Of a stretch of DNA of 64,000 bases, positions 28,736-38,629 are shown in pieces (the stretch's first letter is position 1; each line of letters starts with the position of its first letter). The translations under genes were made by a program, and so were the position numbers. The notes beneath the pieces are model-generated. The model saw only the letters and a program-made list of their open reading frames with translations. It was not told the DNA's origin and ran no database searches. Source of the stretch: Opitutaceae bacterium (GTDB lineage: Bacteria; Verrucomicrobiota; Verrucomicrobiia; Opitutales; Opitutaceae); assembly GCA_024711005.1 (NCBI GenBank), contig JANJTQ010000182.1:3294-67293 (forward strand). The letters are read 5' to 3'.

Positions 28736-29842
28736 TTGGCAAGGCCGGACCGGACCGCCTTCACTCGTTGCTCCATGCCTTGGTCAACCCCTGTCGCTCC
28801 CCGCGGACGCCGCGCCACGCCCGCCCGACCGGCAGTTTCACACACCCGCTGCCGCACGCTGCTGATCATTGACAATCGGCCGCTCCAGAACGCCGCGTGG
28901 TCGGAGTTTCACGCCGCCCGAAAACGCGCCGAAAAAGCCGCCCGGGATCTTCACCGTCACGAACAAACGGATACGGTCGCCTATCAAGCCTGGCTTCACG
29001 GCACCTTCCCTGTTCTGGTCACCACATTGCGCGAACTGCACGAGCAGGTCACCACGAAGGCCCGGCAGGTCGATTCCGTCCAATGGATGGCCGCCCTGAC
29101 CGGCCGGTCACTCAAGAAGCTCTGGCGCGAACTCAAGGAGCGCGAAGCCAATCCCGGGGCATTCGAAGACGAGCCGGATCCCGGCCCTGACGCAGATTCC
29201 GCCCACCCCCGATCGAGAACCTCTGCCGACGACGATGACTTCGATCCGTTCGGAGACGACTTTTTCAACGGACTTTTTGGCGAAGGACCCGGCGAACCGT
29301 TCACCGGTCCCGGTCGCTCACCTGGTGGATCGCACAACGATGCGGACGAACACTCCGTCCCGAGCCGGCGGCGTCCGGCGCCGCCCACCAACGTCGAAGC
29401 GCGAGACCTCTACCGGCGCCTCGTGCAGCACCTGCACCCGGATCGCGGCGGCGACTGGACGCCGGCGCGTGAACGCCTCTGGCATGAAGTCCAGCAAGCT
29501 TGGGCCGCCCGTGACGTAGACTGGCTCTCCCGCCTCGAAATCGATTGGGAAACCGCCAACGACACCCTCCGCCCCGATTCGTCGCTCAGCCGCCTGAGAC
29601 GCGCCATCGCGGAACTCCACGCCGCCCGACGCGACACCGAACGCAAGCTCCGTGATTACCGCAGGTCATTCGCGTGGCGCTTCACGGATTCGGAGAAAAA
29701 ACGTCCCCAGCTTCACCGGCGTGTGGAGACGGATCTCAACGAAGATCTCATCGCGCTCCAGCGGCAGCTCGCCTACCTCAACGCCACCATCGCCGCCTGG
29801 GAAGCCCTGCAGCCTAAACGCCGCCGCCCCGCCCGCCGCTAA
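28736..29842 (+). CDS. Coiled-coil protein with an internal J-like (HPD) domain; start uncertain
   Basis: 'ARDLYRRLVQHLHPDRGG'; acidic/Gly linker. Confidence 0.7.
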   Translation: MARPDRTAFTRCSMPWSTPVAPRGRRATPARPAVSHTRCRTLLIIDNRPLQNAAWSEFHAARKRAEKAARDLHRHEQTDTVAYQAWLHGTFPVLVTTLRELHEQVTTKARQVDSVQWMAALTGRSLKKLWRELKEREANPGAFEDEPDPGPDADSAHPRSRTSADDDDFDPFGDDFFNGLFGEGPGEPFTGPGRSPGGSHNDADEHSVPSRRRPAPPTNVEARDLYRRLVQHLHPDRGGDWTPARERLWHEVQQAWAARDVDWLSRLEIDWETANDTLRPDSSLSRLRRAIAELHAARRDTERKLRDYRRSFAWRFTDSEKKRPQLHRRVETDLNEDLIALQRQLAYLNATIAAWEALQPKRRRPARR

Positions 29843-29893
29843 CGCCCCGCCTGCCGGAAAACCACTCCGAAGCGACTCGTTCCCACCAAGCCA

Positions 29894-29918
29894 GTTTGTC
29901 ACTTATTAAGTGACAAAC
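29894..29918. repeat. Palindromic repeat family A
   Basis: gtttgtcacttattaagtgacaaac. Confidence 0.9.
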
Positions 29919-29962
29919 CCGTCCGCTCGCGGCGCAGCACCGCTTGCGCATCCTCTCGGGCA

Positions 29963-30178
29963 TCATTGCGCCGCCTCGCCGACCGAGCACTCATGCCCGA
30001 CGCTGAACACCTCGCCGTGACGCAAGCTGAGGGGATGCACACAACGCCCAAAGCCCGCCCATCGATCCAGATCAAGCGGCTCGAAATGCCGACACCAATC
30101 CCCGCAGCGCTGCACTCCCGCACTCCCCCGATAAGGTACGCGAGAGGCGATGGGATCGGCCCGCTGGTCTTCATTCAT
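29963..30178 (-). CDS. Putative small Cys-rich protein (71 aa)
   Basis: C-G-D-W-C-R-H-F ... G-R-C-V-H-P ... H-E-C, four Cys in a metal-site-like spacing. Confidence 0.5.
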   Translation of the reverse strand: MNEDQRADPIASRVPYRGSAGVQRCGDWCRHFEPLDLDRWAGFGRCVHPLSLRHGEVFSVGHECSVGEAAQ

Positions 30179-30587
30179 CTGGCTCACCGGGAATGGACAA
30201 ACGGCACGCACCGAATGCCTCGCATCAAATCATAGCGCGTCGGACCGCGGGCTGTGTTTATTAAAAGTGAGAAGATAAGCACGGAAAAACCATCACACTA
30301 AGGACATCGAGTCATTCGGGCGATTCACGGATTTGAACAGCGGCTCGTTAATTCTCCTCCTGATGCATTCAAGAATGTTACCTGTCGGGTGCAGAACTCA
30401 CAGGATCTGACGCGATATAATCCGAACAAACGCGCAGCGACGACGACGTGGCGTGTGGTGGATGCCGGCAAGCTGTTCCCAAGTCTTTCGTCCGCAAGAG
30501 CGTTGACTACCCGTCACCTCCCCCATGACGTGCCACACGAGGATTGCCACTCTCCGACAGTATCGCCGTTCCATCATCTCTCACACT

Positions 30588-31103
30588 ATGCCCGGTCGCC
30601 TCCTTTTGTTCTTGGGAATGTTAATCATGATCAGTCTCGGCTATTTCATGTTGAGGAGCTCATCCCGCGTGACGCCTTCAGTCTCCGAAACGGTTTCAGC
30701 TCCCGCCTCGCCCACCAATCCAGACGAAACCGTACAGCCGCGTCCCGTATCCGAAAATGCCACGGCGGACGTGCAGCCACCCGTGCCTACGCACCGCCCC
30801 ACCTCCGTCCGGATCCGCGCCGGCCAGGCGATTCCCGAAATTTTCCCTCATCAAGCCGAGCGAGATATCATCCAAGCTCTCGTGAGCAAGTATGAGGTGC
30901 GTCAGGTGCCGGAAATTGCGAGCTATCTGAGCCACAAGGACGCCACTGTTCGTGAGGCGGCCCGTCTGGGACTGATGCAGTTGGGCTATAGCGAAGCCGT
31001 GCCCTACCTAAAAGCAGCCCTGATCAAAGCTTCGGATGAAGAAGCCGAACAACTTCAGGCTGATATCGAATTCCTATCACTTCCGACCGCAGAGATACGC
31101 TAG
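30588..31103 (+). CDS. Membrane-anchored HEAT-repeat-like protein
   Basis: N-terminal TM helix, Pro/Thr linker, 'LSHKDATVREAARLGLMQLGYSEAVPYL'. Confidence 0.7.
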   Translation: MPGRLLLFLGMLIMISLGYFMLRSSSRVTPSVSETVSAPASPTNPDETVQPRPVSENATADVQPPVPTHRPTSVRIRAGQAIPEIFPHQAERDIIQALVSKYEVRQVPEIASYLSHKDATVREAARLGLMQLGYSEAVPYLKAALIKASDEEAEQLQADIEFLSLPTAEIR

Positions 31104-31312
31104 GCCGTAGGCTTGGTGTTTAGCAGTACACTGCTTGGTTTCGCGGGCCTGACGGAGTGCGAGCAAGCAAGGTAGGAGACCTGTCGCTACGCCTAGGCGC
31201 CGTCTTCCGAAGGAAACCACGGCTTTGCTAACGAAACTTTTACATTGCAATTACCTGCAATTAACTCGCCTGTCGCGCAACCACCCAATTAGAAAAGCGA
31301 TACATTTTTCCT

Positions 31313-32128
31313 ATGCCAAACTCCTCATCCTATCGATCACTCGCTCTCATCGCGGCAGTTCTAGGCTCGGCGTTGAGTGCTTCCGCACAATTCGTCGACC
31401 TCGTGACCGAGGCTCCTGTCACGATTCAAGTCACGATGCAGAGCACCGTAACCGCGATCACGACGACCGCCGCTACTCGTACCGCTCCCGCCACAACCTC
31501 TCGCAAGACCACTACGAAAAGCACCCGGCTTACCAATCTGCAAGTCCTCCAGGAACTCGTGGCTGAAGGAATCATTCCCGGCAACTCCGCGATCGGATGG
31601 AGTCTTGTCGCCGTGCGTGATGCGCCGGCGGACCTTGCTTTCGTAGATGCAGGCTTCAACCTCTATGCGGTCAAGGGCACCACGCGAGTAGCCGTACCCA
31701 AGAGCAAGTTCGAAGTCACCGCCCTCGGCGTTGTCGCCAAATACGTCGAAAGACATCAAGGCCGCTACGTCTACAGCTCAAAGGGGACAGTCACTAATCA
31801 CGCGTCTTATGCATACACGCCTGCCTACAGAGTCGGGAGCTCCGACTACGTCGTTACCGAATCCGCAAGCGACGGGTTCGCCAAGGTGAACTTCGTCACA
31901 AAGGACTTCTCCGATGGCCATGAGGTTTTCTTTTATGCCATCAACTCGGCTTCGGTGACCAGCAAAGGCGGTTTTTCAGGAACAGTGACCGTGGGAGAAG
32001 GAGATCCGGAACCAACCTCGGGATTATTCTCCATCTCGGTCAGCGTCGGCGCGGCGAAGCTGGTTCCTGCCTCTCTGTATCCGGACGTGGCAACTTTTCT
32101 CGTGAATGAATACGAATGGGTTTACTGA
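31313..32128 (+). CDS. Secreted beta-rich hypothetical protein
   Basis: Signal peptide ending SASA-Q; Thr-rich; no recognisable family. Confidence 0.75.
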   Translation: MPNSSSYRSLALIAAVLGSALSASAQFVDLVTEAPVTIQVTMQSTVTAITTTAATRTAPATTSRKTTTKSTRLTNLQVLQELVAEGIIPGNSAIGWSLVAVRDAPADLAFVDAGFNLYAVKGTTRVAVPKSKFEVTALGVVAKYVERHQGRYVYSSKGTVTNHASYAYTPAYRVGSSDYVVTESASDGFAKVNFVTKDFSDGHEVFFYAINSASVTSKGGFSGTVTVGEGDPEPTSGLFSISVSVGAAKLVPASLYPDVATFLVNEYEWVY

Positions 32129-32168
32129 CCTGCGGCCACATTCACCCCAACACACACTTCTTCATACC

Positions 32169-33125
32169 ATGAAATCAATTTCACGTATCTTATTGGCCGG
32201 GTTTATCACGGCTTCGGCGCACTCGTTGGCCCCAGCCGCATCCACTCCGTATTTGGAAACGATGCCGGCCACGTTTCTCTGGAAGTTTAACATCACCGGA
32301 GTCGGCTCCAGCCGCATCCCAGAACCGATCGAGACCACGGTCATCGAAGATCCCGAAGCCCTCATCCCCACCGATCGCATCACCACGGATACGGGCGCTC
32401 CCGTCACCTATTCAGGAGGTAATGGCAATCAGGCATTCTTCGTTCAACACCTGCTTCGGGCGGTTCTGGAAGACTATGCCGTACGGTCGGTAGAAACAGA
32501 AGATGCCGATGAAGCCACCAGACTCGAAGGCGAAATCGAATACTTGAAAAAACACCTGAACGACAAATGGGAACTCACGCTGGTGCGCCTCCCTCAAGCC
32601 TCGGTCGCCGAAGCGCTAAATTCGCCTTATTGGGTGTTTCTCAGCAAGATCGACTTCCTTCAGAACCGTGCTTTGAGAGCTTACGATACCGGTATGCGCA
32701 TTGTTCCGAAATACTCCGCCGGCACCATCACGGAAACGCTTGGTTCCGAAACCGTGGTAAAGGTCGCCGGGAACGTGACCACTTATTTCCAACTTGAGTT
32801 CGAAAGCACTTATGGAGCCGATCCGCTCCATGCGGTAGATCTCGACGCCCGTAGAACAAACTACGAAACGAAGTCTTACAACACCTCCGGCGAACGGTGG
32901 CATGCCTTCGGTCGCGGCTATATGACCTATACGTTGCGCAGCACCGCAGGCGCCCCCCTCGCGGTTGCCCCCGCCAAGATGAAAGCCACCGCCTTCGGAA
33001 GCTGGATCCACACCATTTTCTCAACCGAGGACTTTGAGACGTTCGGCGGAACCGCCCCGCTCAGCATTCGCATGGGCGAAGTAAAGTACCAGCGGAGTGA
33101 GTTCTTTCCCGACTTCACGCTCTGA
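32169..33125 (+). CDS. Secreted hypothetical protein, distant paralog of the upstream gene
   Basis: Signal peptide; colinear motifs shared with 31313..32128. Confidence 0.75.
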   Translation: MKSISRILLAGFITASAHSLAPAASTPYLETMPATFLWKFNITGVGSSRIPEPIETTVIEDPEALIPTDRITTDTGAPVTYSGGNGNQAFFVQHLLRAVLEDYAVRSVETEDADEATRLEGEIEYLKKHLNDKWELTLVRLPQASVAEALNSPYWVFLSKIDFLQNRALRAYDTGMRIVPKYSAGTITETLGSETVVKVAGNVTTYFQLEFESTYGADPLHAVDLDARRTNYETKSYNTSGERWHAFGRGYMTYTLRSTAGAPLAVAPAKMKATAFGSWIHTIFSTEDFETFGGTAPLSIRMGEVKYQRSEFFPDFTL

Positions 33126-33163
33126 ACGGACGTAGTAGAGCCCACAGACTATTCAAACAGCAC

Positions 33164-33202
33164 AACCCGATTCGACGCCAAGGGCGCGAATCGGGTTTTT
33201 TA
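33164..33202 (+). terminator. Intrinsic terminator
   Basis: aacccgattcg ... cgaatcgggtt followed by a T-run. Confidence 0.85.
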
Positions 33203-33392
33203 TGCCAGTTGGATACCCGTCCCATCTGGATGATTGCCTATCGGGGCAGATGCATTCCGGTTTGATGAAACCCCCTTCATTGCGGGAAGTGTCCCGAATC
33301 GTCCCGTTTCCAACCTTTCCGATTCTTAACCCTTCGCCAACTTTCACTGAACCTCGACTCTGACGCAGAGTCACACGCCCATTCCTTTTCCA

Positions 33393-34781
33393 ATGAATCT
33401 CATCCGCCTTTTTCTGTGCGCGCTGACCGTATCGGCCTTCACCCTCCACGCCGCCGATACTCCTCCCCCGGTCGCACCTGTCATCGTCGACGGTTTCACC
33501 TACGTTAAAACCCTCGGCGGCATCTCCGAATACACGCTCAACGCCAACGGCCTTCAGGTCCTCGTCCTGCCGGAACACTCCGCGCCCGTCGCCACCTTTA
33601 TGGTGACCTATCGCGTCGGCTCACGCAACGAAGTCACCGGCACCACCGGGGCGACCCATCTGCTCGAACACCTTATGTTCAAGGGCACGCCCAACTTCAA
33701 CCGCGAGAAGGGCAACAGCGTCGACCAACTCCTCGAACGCGTCGGTGCCCAATACAACGCCACCACTTGGCTCGATCGCACCAACTATTACGCCAATCTC
33801 GGCAAGGATCACCTTGAGGCCTACATCGCCATCGAGTCCGACCGCATGCGCAACCTCTGGCTGCGCGAGTCCGACCGCCGCCCCGAGATGACCGTCGTGC
33901 GCAACGAATTCGAGATCGGCGAAAACAACCCGATCCAAGCCCTCGACAAAGAGATCAACGCGGCCGCTTTCGTCGCCCATCCCTACCATCATTCGACCAT
34001 TGGCTGGCGCAGCGACATCGAGAACGTCTCCATCGAAAAGCTGAAGGAGTTCTACGACACCTTCTACTGGCCCGACAACGCCACCGTCACGATCATCGGC
34101 GATATCCAGCCCGCCAACGCGCTCGCCCTTGTCAAAGAATACTACGGCGCCATCCCCAAGTCTCCGGAACCCATCCCGCAACTCTACACCGAGGAACCCG
34201 CGCAATCCGGTCCGCGCCGCGTCGTCGTCAAACGCGCCGGCCAGCTCGGCGTGGTCGGCATCGCCTACAAGACGCCCGCCGCACGGCATCCCGACATGCC
34301 CGCCCTTCAAGTTCTCGGCACGATCCTCACCTCGGGTAAAAACAGCCGTCTCTATCGCGCACTCACCGACAAGAACCTCACCACCAGCGCAAGCGCCGAC
34401 GTCGGATTTTTCCACGACCCATCGCTCACCACGATCTACGCCAGCCTCGCCCCCGGTGCCTCGCATGAGGAGGTCGAAAAAATCACCCTCGCCGAACTCG
34501 ACCGCGTGAAAAAGGACGGCGTGAGCGACATCGAAGTCGCCTCGGCCATCAGCCAGTTGATCGCCTCCTCGGCCTACGCCCGCGACGGTGCCTTCGCCGT
34601 TGCAAGCACCCTCAACGAATACATCTCCAGCGGAGACTGGACGCTCTACACGACCCTTGATGACGCAATCAAGCAGGTCACGCCCGACGACGTAAAACGC
34701 GTGGCCAACACCTACCTCGGCGAAGATCACAGCACCACCGGCTGGTTTGTCCCGATCCGCACACCCGAAGCCACCGAATAA
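33393..34781 (+). CDS. M16B zinc peptidase, catalytic subunit
   Basis: HLLEH (HxxEH) motif, 'YNATTWLDRTNYY', 'VVRNE'. Confidence 0.92.
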   Translation: MNLIRLFLCALTVSAFTLHAADTPPPVAPVIVDGFTYVKTLGGISEYTLNANGLQVLVLPEHSAPVATFMVTYRVGSRNEVTGTTGATHLLEHLMFKGTPNFNREKGNSVDQLLERVGAQYNATTWLDRTNYYANLGKDHLEAYIAIESDRMRNLWLRESDRRPEMTVVRNEFEIGENNPIQALDKEINAAAFVAHPYHHSTIGWRSDIENVSIEKLKEFYDTFYWPDNATVTIIGDIQPANALALVKEYYGAIPKSPEPIPQLYTEEPAQSGPRRVVVKRAGQLGVVGIAYKTPAARHPDMPALQVLGTILTSGKNSRLYRALTDKNLTTSASADVGFFHDPSLTTIYASLAPGASHEEVEKITLAELDRVKKDGVSDIEVASAISQLIASSAYARDGAFAVASTLNEYISSGDWTLYTTLDDAIKQVTPDDVKRVANTYLGEDHSTTGWFVPIRTPEATE

Positions 34782-34790
34782 CTCCGCCCC

Positions 34791-34893
34791 TCTTTCTCTT
34801 TCCTCTTTATCTTAATCTTTCTCACTCCGCTCCCACCGGTGCCGAAGCCGGCCGGAGCCCGACGAAAGAAAAAGATTAAGATAAAGAGAAAGA
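34791..34893. repeat. Family B inverted repeat
   Basis: TCTTTCTCTTTCCTCTTTATCTTAATCTTTCTC ... GAAAGAAAAAGATTAAGATAAAGAGAAAGA. Confidence 0.8.
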
Positions 34894-34941
34894 ACCGGAA
34901 AACACCGACCAACTGCCTCCGCCCCCACTCTTTCCCGTTCC

Positions 34942-36273
34942 ATGAAACGCCTCCACCTTCCCCTTCTTGCCTCCTGCCTGCTCCTTATCGCCCCTCTTCA
35001 CGCCGGTGTCGCCGATCAAGCCGTTCGCACCCGTGTCGCCAGCGTCGACGTGATCGCCTGCAAAACCGGTGTGCAGGACGTCGTCACGTTCCGCGGCTCG
35101 CTCCCCGCCGGCGATTCATTCGCACCCAAAGACAATCTCGCCGTCGCCTCCCTGGTCGGCGGCATGCTGGACAAAGGCACCACCACGCAGGACAAATTCG
35201 CCATCGCCCAAAAGCTCGACGCCGTCGGCGCCGGTCTCTCGTTTTCGGTCGGCGACACAATGGTCGTCTTCAACGGCAAGTGCTTGCGCAAAGATGTGCC
35301 CCTCGTCGTCGGTCTTCTCGCCGAACAACTCCGCTCTCCCGCCTTTTCCGAAGAGGAGTTTTCCAAGCTCAAAAAACAAATCGCCGGCCGCCTCCAACGC
35401 GCGCTCGAACAGACCGGCTACCGTGCCGGCCAGGCCTTCGCCGCGACGATCTACCCGCCCGATCACCCCAACTACGAACCCTCCACCGAGACGTTCCTCG
35501 CCGCGCTCGAAACCGCCACCGTCGCGGACCTCCGCGCCTTTCACCAAAAACACTACGGCCCCGCCGAACTCACCCTCGTCGCCGTCGGCGATGTTGATAT
35601 CGACGGCCTGAAAACCGAAATCGAAAAGTCCTTCGCCGGCTGGAACGGCGGCGTAAAGCGCCCCGATTATCCGCGCACCACCGCCAGGACCGACGCCGAT
35701 CGCGACCAGACGATCTTCATGGCCGACAAGCCCAACATCAGCGTGATCCTCGGCCAGGCCAGCGGACTTCGCTACACCGACCCCGATGCGCTTCCGTTGC
35801 GTATTGCCACGACGATTCTCGGCAGTGGTTTCACCGGACGCCTGATGGCGACGGTGCGTGATCAAGAAGGCCTCACCTACGGCATCGGCGCGCGCATCGG
35901 CAACGACACGTTCACCGACGGCGACTGGCGCATCGTCGCCAACTTCGCGCCCAACCTCCTCGAACAAGGCCTCGCGTCGACACGCCGGGAATTGAAGTCC
36001 TGGTATGAACAAGGAGTCACCGCCGCCGAAGTCGAACGAACCAAAACGAACCTCGCCGGCAGTTTCCAAGTCGGCTTGGCGACCACCGACGGACTCGCCG
36101 GCACGATTCTCTCGGCCGTCCATTACGGGTATCCGTTGACCTGGATCGATGAATATCCTCAACGGCTCAACGCCGTGACTCTGGAACAGGTCAACTCCGC
36201 GATCAAAAAGCACCTCACCCCGGACAACTTCGTCCTCATCAAAGCCGGCACCGTGCCGACCGCGGCAAATTGA
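34942..36273 (+). CDS. M16B peptidase, non-catalytic partner subunit
   Basis: No HxxEH; 'ILGSGFTGRLMATVRDQEGLTYGI' (R/Y pair). Confidence 0.9.
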   Translation: MKRLHLPLLASCLLLIAPLHAGVADQAVRTRVASVDVIACKTGVQDVVTFRGSLPAGDSFAPKDNLAVASLVGGMLDKGTTTQDKFAIAQKLDAVGAGLSFSVGDTMVVFNGKCLRKDVPLVVGLLAEQLRSPAFSEEEFSKLKKQIAGRLQRALEQTGYRAGQAFAATIYPPDHPNYEPSTETFLAALETATVADLRAFHQKHYGPAELTLVAVGDVDIDGLKTEIEKSFAGWNGGVKRPDYPRTTARTDADRDQTIFMADKPNISVILGQASGLRYTDPDALPLRIATTILGSGFTGRLMATVRDQEGLTYGIGARIGNDTFTDGDWRIVANFAPNLLEQGLASTRRELKSWYEQGVTAAEVERTKTNLAGSFQVGLATTDGLAGTILSAVHYGYPLTWIDEYPQRLNAVTLEQVNSAIKKHLTPDNFVLIKAGTVPTAAN

Positions 36274-36303
36274 AAAAGAAAACACGGCGTCCCGCCGTTC
36301 CGA

Positions 36304-36372
36304 CTCTTTCGCTTTCCTCTTTATCTTTCTCCCTCCCTGACCAAAGCGAACGATTAAGAGAAAGACGAAAGA
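36304..36372. repeat. Family B inverted repeat (degenerate)
   Basis: TCTTTCGCTTTCCTCTTTATCTTTCTC ... GATTAAGAGAAAGACGAAAGA. Confidence 0.65.
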
Positions 36373-36456
36373 CGGGGACGCCCTATTGAGGGGTCGTTTC
36401 CGTCCTACCTCCGGAGTTGGCTTTTGCCTGACGACCTGAGAGCGTGCCCGCCGCAT

Positions 36457-37245
36457 ATGAAGTCCGTCCTCGATTTTAAAGCGCGCAAGGGCAAGGGCCG
36501 TATCAGCATGTCCACCGCGTATGCGCATTGGGAAGCTCGCTTCCTCGCCGCCTCACCGGTCGACTGTGTACTCGTGGGCGATAGCGTCGCCACCGTCGTC
36601 GACGGCGAACCGACAACCTTCGCGACCACGCCCGAAATCATGGCTCGTCACACCGCGGCTGTCGCCCGCGGCCTCGCCGGAAGCAAGTTCATCATCGCCG
36701 ATTTCCCCTTCCTCGCCGTGCGCAAGGGCATCGTCGCCGCCGTCGAATGCGCCAGCCTCCTCATGCGCGCCGGAGCCCACGCCGTCAAAATCGAGGGCAT
36801 CGACGGACACGAGGATGTCGTCCGCCACCTCGTCCAGTCCGGCGTGCCGGTCATCGGACATCTCGGCCTCACCCCTCAATCCGTCAACGCGCTCGGAGGT
36901 TACAAAGTCCAGGGCAAAACGGATGCCTCCGCCGCCGATCTCCTGCGGCAGGCCCGCGCGGTCGAAGCCGCCGGCGCCTCCGGCCTGGTGATCGAATGTA
37001 TCCCCGCCGAGCTCGCCCGCGATATCACCGAGGCGCTCACCCTTCCCGTGATCGGCATCGGCGCGGGTCCGCATACCGACGGGCAGGTGCTCGTCTTCCA
37101 CGACATGCTCGGCCTTAACCCCGGGTTCTCGGCGAAGTTTGTCCGCACCTTCGCCGACGGAAACAAAACCGTTTCCTCCGGTCTCGCCGCCTTCGCCGAA
37201 GCCGTCGCCGACGGCAGTTTCCCGAGCAAAAAAGAATCCTACTGA
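36457..37245 (+). CDS. panB: 3-methyl-2-oxobutanoate hydroxymethyltransferase
   Basis: LVGDS, ADFPF, AVKIEG, GHLGLTPQ, IGIGAG..DGQVLVFHDMLG. Confidence 0.95.
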   Translation: MKSVLDFKARKGKGRISMSTAYAHWEARFLAASPVDCVLVGDSVATVVDGEPTTFATTPEIMARHTAAVARGLAGSKFIIADFPFLAVRKGIVAAVECASLLMRAGAHAVKIEGIDGHEDVVRHLVQSGVPVIGHLGLTPQSVNALGGYKVQGKTDASAADLLRQARAVEAAGASGLVIECIPAELARDITEALTLPVIGIGAGPHTDGQVLVFHDMLGLNPGFSAKFVRTFADGNKTVSSGLAAFAEAVADGSFPSKKESY

Positions 37246-37303
37246 GCCCGCCAAATAAGCCTGATCGGTCTTGCTTGGTCTCACCAGTTCCCATCCGCCT
37301 TCC

Positions 37304-37870
37304 ATGATCCCCTCCGACCGCAAGCCCCGCCTGCTCATCCTGCTCTCCGGCTCGATCTCCTGTTATAAGGCCTGCTTCGTGATCTCGCATCTCGTGCAGT
37401 CCGGCATCGAGGTGCGCACCGTGGCCACTCCCTCCGCACTCCAATTCATCGGGAAGGCCACGCTCGAGGGCCTCACCGGACACCCGGTCGCCAGCGACAT
37501 GTGGGAATCGGGTCGGGCGATGGAGCACATCAACCTCGCTCGCTGGGCCGATCTCGCCCTCGTTTGTCCGGCCACGGCGAATACCATCAACCGCCTCTCC
37601 GCCGGCATGGCCGACGACTTGGTCGGCAGCTTGTTCCTTGCCTGGGAGATCCAGAAAAAACCATGGTGGATCGCCCCCGCGATGAATGTCGCGATGCTCA
37701 ACCACCCGCTCACCCAGGCATCGCTTCAAAAACTGTCCAACGTCGGCGTGCGCGTGCTTCCCACCGATTCGGGCCCGCTCGCCTGCGGCGAGGAAGGCGC
37801 CGGCCGCCTGCTTGAACCCGGGAAAATCATCACCGAAGTCCTCGTGCAGCTCGGCACCAAGATCGCGTAA
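37304..37870 (+). CDS. coaC: Phosphopantothenoylcysteine decarboxylase (stand-alone CoaC, HFCD flavoprotein)
   Basis: SGSISCYKA, HINLARWAD, PATAN, APAMN, LACGEEGAGRL. Confidence 0.9.
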   Translation: MIPSDRKPRLLILLSGSISCYKACFVISHLVQSGIEVRTVATPSALQFIGKATLEGLTGHPVASDMWESGRAMEHINLARWADLALVCPATANTINRLSAGMADDLVGSLFLAWEIQKKPWWIAPAMNVAMLNHPLTQASLQKLSNVGVRVLPTDSGPLACGEEGAGRLLEPGKIITEVLVQLGTKIA

Positions 37871-37876
37871 GATTCC

Positions 37877-37978
37877 TTCTCGTTCTCTTACTCGTTCTTC
37901 GTTCTCGTTCTCGAGTTCCGCACCCTCCGCCCGCCGGGCAACCCGAGAACGAGTAAGAGAACGAAGAACGAGAACGAT
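37877..37978. repeat. Family B-like inverted repeat built of CTCGTT/AACGAG hexamers
   Basis: TTCTCGTTCTCTTACTCGTTCTTCGTTCTCG ... CGAGAACGAGTAAGAGAACGAAGAACGAGAACGA. Confidence 0.8.
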
Positions 37979-37985
37979 TCTAACC

Positions 37986-38624
37986 ATGCGCATCCTGATC
38001 ACCTCCGGTGCAACCCGTGAACCCATCGATGCCGTGCGGTTCCTGTCCAACATCAGCACCGGCCGCACCGGCGCGCTGTTGGCCGAAGCCCTCGCGCAAT
38101 ACGGACACGCTGTGACCTTGCTCCACGGAGAAGGTGCGGTGCGCCCGACATCCGCGAGTGTCTTGGCCACCGAAGCATTCTCCTCCACCGAAAATCTTCA
38201 GAAACAGCTCAGACGCCTGCTCGGCACGGGCAATTACGACGCCGTCATCCACGCCGCCGCCGTCTCCGATTATCGACCGGCCCAGACGCGCGACGGCAAG
38301 ATGTCGTCCTACGCCCCCGAGCTCACGCTGCATCTCGTGCCCACTCCGAAGCTCCTGCCCGAGCTCAAACATTTCGCCCCGCGTCCACTCACAGTGATCG
38401 GTTTCAAACTCACCGCCGGCGCCAACGCGGAGGAACGGGGTTCCGCCGTGAAGAAGCTCTTCGCCGCCGGAACCGTGGACGCCGTCATTCACAACGACAT
38501 GGACGACCTCGCCACGGGGGACGCGCGCCCCTTCCACGCCTGGCGCGCAAAACACCCCGCGCCCGAACCGCTCGCTGGCATCGACGCGCTGGCCGCCTGG
38601 CTGCACGCGTTCATCGAAACGTAG
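37986..38624 (+). CDS. coaB: Phosphopantothenate--cysteine ligase (stand-alone CoaB)
   Basis: ITSGATREPIDAVRFLSNISTG, HAAAVSDY, PTPKLL, IGFKL. Confidence 0.9.
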   Translation: MRILITSGATREPIDAVRFLSNISTGRTGALLAEALAQYGHAVTLLHGEGAVRPTSASVLATEAFSSTENLQKQLRRLLGTGNYDAVIHAAAVSDYRPAQTRDGKMSSYAPELTLHLVPTPKLLPELKHFAPRPLTVIGFKLTAGANAEERGSAVKKLFAAGTVDAVIHNDMDDLATGDARPFHAWRAKHPAPEPLAGIDALAAWLHAFIET

Positions 38625-38629
38625 CGTGG

